Assembly: GCA_963813715.1 (NCBI GenBank)
Contig: CAWFAK010000016.1
Span: 96,001 to 160,000 of the forward strand
DNA: 64,000 nt
Direction: 5' to 3'
From: an uncultured Planctomycetaceae bacterium
GTDB lineage: Bacteria > Planctomycetota > Planctomycetia > Planctomycetales > Planctomycetaceae
The notes under the pieces were generated by a model, which saw nothing but the letters and a program-made list of their open reading frames with translations, ran no database searches and was not told the DNA's origin. Below are positions 56,860 to 64,000 of this stretch, in pieces; the stretch's first letter is position 1; each line of letters starts with the position of its first letter. The position numbers were made by a program, and so were the translations under genes.

Positions 56860-57400
56860 GCCTTGGGCTGGATGAGCATCGGATTACCGATGGTGTCCCC
56901 GGTGTCCCGTCCCGAACTGGCTATCGGCTTGCCGGGGATCTTTCTCCCCCCTATGTGAAAAAGGATCCCCACCACCAGCAGAACTCTCTTTTTGTTCGCG
57001 GCGGGGATTCTCTTTCATCAGGGTCGCACTCACCCGTCGTTCGTGTCCCGTCCGTGTTCGTGTCCCGTCCCGACGGGATAATTCACGGTTTAGGGTCGGT
57101 ACAACTTGGGCCCCCTATACAGAATCAGAGTGTCCCGACCCAATGTCCTGCCGGGCGTTCCGATCCCGTCCCACATTCGAGTCCCGTCCCACGTCAACAG
57201 CTCGTCCCGCTCGGGAAGTTGTCCGGACCGGACTTTCCCCACGTCACTTTTCGGGGACGGATATCCAATCCCGTCCCATTCCACGGTGGGGAGCGCCGGG
57301 GACAGTGTGCCTGCATAGGGGTGCCTATTGAGAAGAATAGATCCCCACCCCGCCGGGGATGAAATTTCTGTCCGCGCCGGGATCGTTTTCCCGGCGGCAG
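56860..57400. other. Non-coding GGGAC-repeat element, copy B (inverted relative to copy A)
   Basis: Repeated GTCCCGTCCC motifs; shared blocks with 15670-15682 and 15938-15984. Confidence 0.6.
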
Positions 57401-57609
57401 AATCCTGTCCGGCGTGCAATCCGCCTCACGACCGAGCCTGCATGCAGGCAGAGTGAAGCCCAACGTCGTCGGCGCGCACCGGAGCACTTGCGCGAGGGAC
57501 CGCTCTCTCCATTCAGCCACAAAAGCTCGACTTGGCCAAGATCAGTTTTTGGATTTTGTGCCGGTTCTCGATGGGACCGAGGTTCGTCCCGTCGGTGCCC
57601 AGCTCAAGC

Positions 57610-58863
57610 TTATTGGGCCGGAGTCCAAGCCGCTCCGGCACCACCCGGCGGCCGCGGTTGGAACGATTCGCGCTCGAGGCCGGCGAAGGCGCCGTCCTTT
57701 TTCATCAGGCGAATCGAGGCGAGCAAGGCCTTGATTCGATCGTGCACGCGCGGATTCTGCCGCACGATCAGCAGGCCGCCCAGTTCGGAAATCGAGGCGT
57801 CGTCCTCCCAGAATTCCGCTCCGGTGGCCGACATCACCATGCGAATGAAGGGCGGGTTTTTGGCCATCTTTTCCTCGCGGGCCTTTTTCGCCTTTGTCGA
57901 TGCTTGGCCCGCCGGGGCCGTCGCTTCAGCGGGGGCCGTGACGAAGACGTCGGCTTGGCCGTGATCGGTCGTCACGGTGCCCGCCAGGGCGGGCAGCCTG
58001 ATCAGGTCGCGGCAATCGTAAACGATCGTTTCCAAGTGATCGTTGATCTTTTGCTCGGTCGAGATCATGAGCACGCCGTGAATCACGTCGTAATTCAGCG
58101 GCGAGGACAACTGACCGAGAAGCAGTTGAAAAGCGTCGTGCAGCGTGATGCCCGGGGCACTCAGCTTGACCTCGGTCGTCGTGTCGACGTTCGCGTCCTC
58201 GAGCGCCTTCTGGTCGATCAGAATCGGAATCTGGTAGCGAGCCGCAATAAAGTCGAGCGCGTCCTTGAGCGATTGCGGGTCGATGGTGAAGTCGACCGGC
58301 TGGTGCAGTGCGTCAAGGATGCGTGCTTCGACGAGCGGGAGACCTGCGAGGTCGGAACTCGAAGGGTGGTCGACCGCGCCGAAGTTGACACCAACGGGCA
58401 CCCTTGGGGGCGGGGCCTGGTTGCTCTTGTGCGCCTTGCTGCCAGGGGTCGGTTCGACCGAGAGGCCCGAGCCACCTTTCGCGGGCTCGAGGGCCTTCGG
58501 CTTTTCCTGAGCCACAATCCGTTCGGGACCGCGCAGGGCCCGGTTGTCCGGCCAGAAGGCATAACCAATCAACAACGCCGCAGTCAGGACGCCGACCGAT
58601 CCGAGCGACAGACGCATGAGGATTCTCCTTCGTTTCAGACGGGCGATCGTGGTGAAGTGAGCGGCCAGAACGGCCGCGTCGCCGAATTCGTCGAGAGCTT
58701 GAGCAACGGCCCGTTCGCGGGGCACGCCAGCCCGCGCCAGTTCCTCCAACCGCTCTTCCAAGTGGTCGCGCAGTTCGTCCGCAATCAGCTCGCGCTGCCC
58801 GGATGTGAGACGCAGGCACTTGGCGAGAAGTTTCAAATAAAGATCGAATTCTTGTTCGGACAC
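57610..58863 (-). CDS. HAAS / permease-prefix domain + TM + STN/secretin-N-like module
   Basis: IADELRDHLEE...AVAQALDEFGD, RRR plus TM, PQSLKDALDFIAARYQI. Confidence 0.85.
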   Translation of the reverse strand: MSEQEFDLYLKLLAKCLRLTSGQRELIADELRDHLEERLEELARAGVPRERAVAQALDEFGDAAVLAAHFTTIARLKRRRILMRLSLGSVGVLTAALLIGYAFWPDNRALRGPERIVAQEKPKALEPAKGGSGLSVEPTPGSKAHKSNQAPPPRVPVGVNFGAVDHPSSSDLAGLPLVEARILDALHQPVDFTIDPQSLKDALDFIAARYQIPILIDQKALEDANVDTTTEVKLSAPGITLHDAFQLLLGQLSSPLNYDVIHGVLMISTEQKINDHLETIVYDCRDLIRLPALAGTVTTDHGQADVFVTAPAEATAPAGQASTKAKKAREEKMAKNPPFIRMVMSATGAEFWEDDASISELGGLLIVRQNPRVHDRIKALLASIRLMKKDGAFAGLERESFQPRPPGGAGAAWTPAQ

Positions 58864-58887
58864 GTCAGCTTCCGAGGGGTCGTTGAG

Positions 58888-60377
58888 TCAGGGCAGTCGC
58901 TTGGGGTAGATGGGCTTTCCAGGCGGCAAACGCGCACAGGAGTGGGCGTCGCGGATGATCCAGTCGTCCGCCGTCAGGCCACTAGTGATGGCCAGCAGAT
59001 TGTCCGCATATCCCCGCGCTACAACCACGTTTCGATGTTGTGGAACGTCGCGGTCACCCAAAACCCAGACGAAACGTTGGCCCTCGCTCTCTGCTAACGC
59101 CTTTCCAGGGATGAGGAGGGCTGCATGTGGCTTACCCTCTTCATAACGAACCGTGACAAACAGGCCGGAGACAAGGGCCGCATCCTGATTCGGCACGCGG
59201 GCGCGCACCATCGTCTCGCCCGAAACACTGAAATCGGCGTCTTCAACGAACTCCAAAAACCCTTGGCGATTGCCGCCGATTGGCGCAAGATCTCAACCGG
59301 GGCCTCCGAGTTGCGGAAGTCGCCGCGCTGAGTTCGCTGCCGCAGCGCAAACCAGGCCCCTTGGTCCACCGTGATGGCAACATAAACCGGATCGAGGGAG
59401 ACGATCGTGGCCAGCTTACCCTCCTCGCCCCTGACCAGGCTGCCGACGTCGAACGCTGAGCGGCTGATGTAGCCGCCAATTGGCGCGGTAATGCGGGTCC
59501 AAGCGAGCCGAAGCAGCGCCGATTCCAGGTTCGCCCGCGCCATTTGCAAATCGGCACGGGCGATTTGGCATTCCTGCTCGCTCTCGTCGACTAGCGGGCC
59601 CGGAGTGTTTCCTGATGCCTGTTGCTGCTTAAGGTGAGCGGCTCTTGCCAAGGCGAATTTCACCTTCGCCTCAGCGCGCTGGACCTCGGCCTTAGTCTTG
59701 TCGACGTCGACTTGATAGGTGGCGGGATCGATCTCGAAGAGCAGGTCACCGGGCTTCACAACCTGGCCCGGTCGAAAGCTGATTTTTCGCAAATACCCGG
59801 TCGCTCGAGTGCGAATCTGCACCATCTGTGATGGCTGCACAGTGCCGGAAAAGGCCGCGTAGTCGGTCACTTCCTTCGTCACCGGGCGGCAAACTTCAAC
59901 GATCGGCAGCACGGCAGGCGGGAATCGACGCGTGCTCTTGGGCGAACCCGTCGAGGCCACGCCGGGCGTCGAAGATTTTACGTCGGCCGGCTTTTGCGGG
60001 ACTGCGGAACCGGGCTTCTCTTGTGCCACAACGCGTTCTGGTCCGCGAACGGCGCGGTTGTCCGGCCAGAATGCATAGGCAATCAACAACACCGCAGTCA
60101 GCGCGCCCACGGAACCGAGCGAAAGTCGCATGAGAAATCTCCTCCGTTTGAGACGCGCGATTGCGGCGAAGTTCGCTGCCAGCACAGCAGCGTCGCCGAA
60201 CTCGTCGAGGGCCTGCACGACTGCCTTGTCACGAGCAACGCCCGCCTGCTCCAGTTCTGCCAGGCGTTGCTCGAGGTGATCGCGCAGTTCATCCGCGATC
60301 TGCTCGCGCTGCCCAGGGGTCAGACCCAGGCAGCGCGAGAGAAGTTTGAGATAGAGTTCGAATTCCTGTTCGGACAT
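58888..60377 (-). CDS. HAAS / permease-prefix domain + TM fused to an RND periplasmic adaptor (MFP), frameshift near 59255
   Basis: Same N-terminus as neighbour; IRTRATGYL, GQVVKPGDLLFEIDP, ITAPIGG, SLDPVYV, GLFVTVR. Confidence 0.85.
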
Positions 60378-60398
60378 GCGGAGCGCTCCGCGTTGACT

Positions 60399-60755
60399 TC
60401 AGGTCGTTGCCGGTCGCAGGCCGGGTGCGGCCTCGAGCAAATCGCGGATGCAGTCGGCGTAGGCCCGCCATTGGACGGCTTGCCGATCCAGGCAGGCGCT
60501 GCCGGTCTTGGTGATCTCGTACCACTTGCGGCGACGGCCCGTCGTGTCGTCCCAGCGGCTGCGGATGAACTTCTCCGCCTCGAGGCGATGCAAGAGCGGA
60601 TACAACGTGCCGGCCGGCAGCGGAACGCGGCCCTTGGTCGCCTCGCGGAGCTGCTGCTGAATCGAGTACCCGTATTGCGGCCCTTGTTTGAGCACGGAGA
60701 GGACCATCATGTCCAAGCTGCCGCGCATCAGTTCGGCACTAAAACGGTCCGTCAC
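60399..60755 (-). CDS. PadR-family transcriptional regulator
   Basis: RGSLDMMVLSVL, YGYSI, GTLYPLLHRLE, RRRKWYEITKTG, QW. Confidence 0.95.
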   Translation of the reverse strand: MTDRFSAELMRGSLDMMVLSVLKQGPQYGYSIQQQLREATKGRVPLPAGTLYPLLHRLEAEKFIRSRWDDTTGRRRKWYEITKTGSACLDRQAVQWRAYADCIRDLLEAAPGLRPATT

Positions 60756-60812
60756 GTTTCTCCTTCCGTGTCGCCAAGACTTACGGGCCGCCTGTCGCCA
60801 GCAGCAGCCTGC

Positions 60813-60845
60813 CTATATATAGCCATGCGATAGGTAGCGTGGCAA
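60813..60845 (-). promoter_or_regulatory. Putative padR sigma70-type promoter / operator
   Basis: Minus strand TTGCCA-18 nt-TATATA; CTATATATAG palindrome overlaps the -10. Confidence 0.4.
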
Positions 60846-60970
60846 GGGAAATCGTGTCGAACTCGAAAAGTATCTGCGAGACGATCGAGGCCCGAGGCGG
60901 AAGTGGCTCGGCAAGCTGACGCTTGCCGCTCGGGAATGCCTTCCGATCAAATGCAACTTGTCAGATCGTT

Positions 60971-60998
60971 TATGATGCAATATGCTAATTGCATCATG
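60971..60998. promoter_or_regulatory. 11-6-11 inverted repeat (recombinase-type binding site)
   Basis: TATGATGCAAT-ATGCTA-ATTGCATCATG; inner 10 bp of the arms perfectly inverted; AT-rich; ends on an in-frame ATG of the recombinase. Confidence 0.65.
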
Positions 60999-61742
60999 AG
61001 TGATCAAAAAAGAAGCTTTAAGCCTCCGTGGCACGTCACTCGCAGCATGTTCCTGTCGGAGGATGAGGCGGCCCAGTTGCTGCGGCACCTGCGGGCCGTT
61101 CGCGAAATTGCCGGCAGTCGCCGAGCCGCGCTGGCCGCTCGCGATCGTCTGCTGATCGAGGCCTTGCTCTTTTCCGGCCTCCGCAATCGTGAGCTGTGTC
61201 AGCTGACGATCGGCGACACCGTTGTCGGCATCGGGCACTCGGCATTTCTCGTCCGCGGCACTCCGCGGCAAGATCGAACCGTGCACGTTCCGCAGTCCTT
61301 AAGCCTGCTCGTCCAGGATTTCGTGCATACGCACCGGCCACAGCTCGTGCTGAATTCCGGCGGCCGCAAGGCGACGTCCGAGGTGCTGCTAGTCAACGAC
61401 CGGGGCCGTCCATTCGAGCGCACGTCCCTTTATCGCCGCATCGTCGCCGTGCTGACCGCGGCCGGCCTGGGCCTCCGTGCCACCGCGCAGCGCTTGCGGC
61501 ACACCTACGGCTACCTTGCCTACAAGCGCAGCGGGGGGAACTTGCTGTTCGTCCAGCGGCAAATGGGCCACGCCCATCCGATGGTGACCAGCGTCTACGC
61601 GCAGTTCGTGGAGGAGAACTACCCGGCGATCGCCGACCGCCTGGCCGAGTCTTCGCCGGCTTCGCTCTTGCCCGCTCCTCTGCCCCAGCGCCCCAACGAG
61701 AAAAAGGAGAATCGCCGTGTCCGATCACGCAGAAATTCTTAG
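60996..61742 (+). CDS. Tyrosine recombinase-like protein, catalytic domain only (start 60996 or 61047)
   Basis: RDRLLIEALLFSGLRNRELCQL, AQRLRHTYG, VQRQMGH, VTSVY. Confidence 0.88.
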   Translation: MSDQKRSFKPPWHVTRSMFLSEDEAAQLLRHLRAVREIAGSRRAALAARDRLLIEALLFSGLRNRELCQLTIGDTVVGIGHSAFLVRGTPRQDRTVHVPQSLSLLVQDFVHTHRPQLVLNSGGRKATSEVLLVNDRGRPFERTSLYRRIVAVLTAAGLGLRATAQRLRHTYGYLAYKRSGGNLLFVQRQMGHAHPMVTSVYAQFVEENYPAIADRLAESSPASLLPAPLPQRPNEKKENRRVRSRRNS

Positions 61743-62117
61743 CCGCGTCCAAGAGGCCGTCGGCGAGACGCTGGGCATCGACCCGGCCGATGCGCAGCCC
61801 GCCGAGCGATTTTTCGCCGACTTGGTGCGGAATCAATCGACTGGCTCGACCTGACGTTTCGCCTCGAAAGGCAGTTCGCCGTGCGGATTCCCGGCATCAG
61901 CAGCTTCGCCGGCGTCGAGACCGACGCGGACGGCCGCTTTACGGCTGCCGGATTGACCGGCCTGCAGTCGTGTGTGCCGGCTAGTCTGCTCGATCGCATC
62001 CAGGATCGCGTGCCGCGGCCCACGGGAGCCGAGTTGGCCGACGAGATCACGGTGGCTGATCTTGCCGGCATGGTGCAGCTGGCAGAGGAGTTGAAGAAGG
62101 CCGTGCCGTCGGCGTGA
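61717..62117 (+). CDS. Acyl carrier protein with internal insertion, frameshift near 61825
   Basis: AAGGAG SD plus GTG; MSDHAEILSRVQEAVGETLGID...DL(G)AESIDWLDLTFRLERQFAVRIP...ITVADL. Confidence 0.8.
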
Positions 62118-62182
62118 CGGTTGCGAGCGGGCGGGAGTACGGCGCGTCGCTTCGCGACGAAACGCGGCCTTCGAAACGGAGT

Positions 62183-62214
62183 GTGCCCGGGAGAGCCACA
62201 ACTCTCCCGGGCAC
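62183..62214. terminator. Perfect 13-bp hairpin between convergent genes
   Basis: GTGCCCGGGAGAG-CCACAA-CTCTCCCGGGCAC; no clear U-tract. Confidence 0.55.
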
Positions 62215-62357
62215 CCACCTCACGTTCTATCGCCGAGGACAAGGGTTCTTGTGCCGACGTCCGCCGTCAACGATGTCGATGTTTCCAGCAGTCCGCAACG
62301 ACCTCGGCAGGGGAGGCGGGCCAGGTTCAGCCGACCCGATCCTCCCGAAAAGTCAAA

Positions 62358-62939
62358 CTAGCAGCCGCAGCCACAGCCGTGGGGCGAGCCGAACCAGCCG
62401 TGGAAGCAGCCGAGGCCGGTGCCGCAGCCACCGCAGCCGCCGCAGCCACCACATCCACCGAAGAGGTGGAAGTGTCCGCCGCAGCCGCCACAGCTCGAAC
62501 CACAGCTCGAACCGCAGCCGCAGCTACGGACGTGCGTGTGGCAGTGATTGTGGCAGTGGTGGTAGTGCTGGTGGCAGCCGCAGCCGCAACCAACGTTCGC
62601 CGTGCAGCCACAGCTCGGGGCCGGAGCGCAGCAGCTGGGAGCAGCGGCCGGGGCACAGCAGCTAGGAGCAGCGGCCGGAGCGCAGCAGCTGGGAGCAGCA
62701 GCCGGAGCCGGAGCGCAGCAGCTGGGAGCAGCCGCGACAGGAGCCGGAGCGCAGCTCGGCGCCGGAGCCGCACAGGTCGGGGCCGGAGCACAGCACGACG
62801 GAGCCGGAGCGCAGCACGACGGCGCAACGCCACAGCCGCAGCCCGTGCCACAGCCGCAGCCGTGGTGGCCGAACGCGTTCGCCGAGTTCATCGACGTACA
62901 ACAGAACAACAACGCCGCAGAAACCGAAAACCATTTCAT
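62358..62939 (-). CDS. Secreted Cys/Gly/Pro-rich protein with SCCAPAP repeats
   Basis: GAGGAG SD; signal peptide ending ANA; about 8 PSCCAPA-type repeats; CHNHCH and GCGGCGG tail. Confidence 0.85.
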   Translation of the reverse strand: MKWFSVSAALLFCCTSMNSANAFGHHGCGCGTGCGCGVAPSCCAPAPSCCAPAPTCAAPAPSCAPAPVAAAPSCCAPAPAAAPSCCAPAAAPSCCAPAAAPSCCAPAPSCGCTANVGCGCGCHQHYHHCHNHCHTHVRSCGCGSSCGSSCGGCGGHFHLFGGCGGCGGCGGCGTGLGCFHGWFGSPHGCGCGC

Positions 62940-63209
62940 TGTAAACTTCTCCTCGTAACACCAAGTCTTGTAGGACGAACGTGAGGAACTCCGTGTCATG
63001 CCGGGCCGGCGAATCCGCATCGCCTGGGCAGGCGGAGTTCTCGTCTCACAGGATGGCAAACACTACTGCCATTTCGACGAATCGAAGCTTTGCGGGTCAC
63101 GCAAACTGCGTAGAACAAATGCGACGCGGAAAAGTCCGGAGACGGTAGCAGTCGTAGTGATTTTCGGGTTGCTGTTTGTCCCAAAATGCGGGCGGTATCG
63201 TAGCGGCAT

Positions 63210-64000
63210 ATGGAAGCGGCCCTGAGACTTGTGGCAGCCGTGTCGATCGCATCGTGCGCGACGGGCGTGCTCGCTGCGCGTGGCAGGCTTCGCCATACGA
63301 CGCTCCGCGGAGCCTGGTGGTGGGGAGCGGCCGCTCTGTCCCTTTGGACGCTCAGCTTTTTCGCGACGGAAGTGCTCGGCTGGCTGAGCGAGGGAGCGGC
63401 CGACCAGGTCTGGCTGGCCTCGGCCGTATTACTCGTCTGTCCCTTCGTCGCTGTCCTCGGAGCACGGCGGCCCGGATCGCGCGTGTGGGATGTATTTATT
63501 GTGGCGCCGTTGGCGATCGTGCTCGATCTGCCGGCGGTCACCGCCTGGAACCGCGATCTGCAGCCCGCCTCGCTCCACCTCGAAGTCCCGATGCTCGCCG
63601 GCTACGCGCTCGTGCTGGTGATGGGGGCGGGCAACTACCTGGCGACGCGTTTTGCGATCCCCGCGCTCCTGGCGGCTGTGGCGATGCTGCTCGTGCCCGT
63701 ATCGATGTCCTCGCTGCACGGCGCGCCCGACCCGAGTCTTGCCCGACCGCTGGCGACCATCTTGCTGAGCGCGGCCGTCTGGGGAGCCGTCCTGGGACTG
63801 CGGAAGTCGCCGCGGGCCGAGCGACCGGCCGGGCCGACTTCCTTCGAGGAGCTTTGGAACGATTTTCGCGATCTTTACGGCATCGTTTGGGCGCGACGCG
63901 TGCTCGACCGCGTCAACGCGACGGCCGTTCAGGAGGACTGGCCCGTGCGACTGCAGCTGAACGGATTTGTCCCGGTCGATCCGTCGCGGCCGTTGTCACT
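63210..64000 (+). CDS. Multi-pass membrane hypothetical protein, runs off the window end
   Basis: MEAALRLVAAVS... open frame with many TMs and an LGARRPG motif. Confidence 0.75.
   Translation, partial: MEAALRLVAAVSIASCATGVLAARGRLRHTTLRGAWWWGAAALSLWTLSFFATEVLGWLSEGAADQVWLASAVLLVCPFVAVLGARRPGSRVWDVFIVAPLAIVLDLPAVTAWNRDLQPASLHLEVPMLAGYALVLVMGAGNYLATRFAIPALLAAVAMLLVPVSMSSLHGAPDPSLARPLATILLSAAVWGAVLGLRKSPRAERPAGPTSFEELWNDFRDLYGIVWARRVLDRVNATAVQEDWPVRLQLNGFVPVDPSRPLS

Noticed and set aside
56481..57362. Protein-coding interpretation of the GGGAC elements (also 14984-15904, 15246-16154)
   Set aside because: Translations are low-complexity Pro/Arg/Ser/Gly and no frame is maintained between the two copies
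54914..61742. Shufflon: recombinase swapping C-terminal domains among the HAAS paralogs
   Set aside because: All paralogs are co-oriented, their shared 5' DNA differs at many synonymous sites, and I found no repeated crossover site or second copy of the 11-6-11 motif; an old duplication fits better
62610..62830. CRISPR-like array of GGAGCGCAGCAGCTGGGAGC repeats
   Set aside because: Repeats are in-frame codons of a Cys-rich protein, with no unique spacers of about 30 nt and no cas genes

Overview
GC-rich bacterial chromosome segment, very probably a planctomycete. Clues are a LEDRLLLS-type export motif, a PVC-type CxxCH dehydrogenase-like protein, Cys/Pro-rich secreted proteins and planctomycete-style REP palindromes. 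Most of the window is core or metabolic: thiolase, UgtP-like GT28, dusB, DAHP synthase, ogt, nagA, a Nik/Cbi ECF transporter, cysE, leuA with a clear Leu attenuator, aroA, rsmB and a Ski2/HelY-like helicase. Signalling genes include a hybrid kinase, a REC-HATPase, a Ser/Thr kinase, an FHA protein and an HDOD-GGDEF protein. More than 15 genes carry single-base frameshifts, which looks like long-read assembly error rather than true decay. The most unusual parts are: (i) at the right end, a PadR gene heading three paralogous HAAS/permease-prefix membrane proteins with different extracytoplasmic domains, divergent from a catalytic-domain-only, partly degenerate tyrosine recombinase whose probable start overlaps an 11-6-11 inverted repeat and which is coupled to an atypical acyl carrier protein; (ii) two distant, inverted copies of a non-coding GGGAC-rich origin-like element sharing a 44/47-nt hairpin block; (iii) an integrase relic at tRNA-Thr next to a Cys-rich secreted protein. 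All family calls are from motif recognition by eye; no database searches were run.
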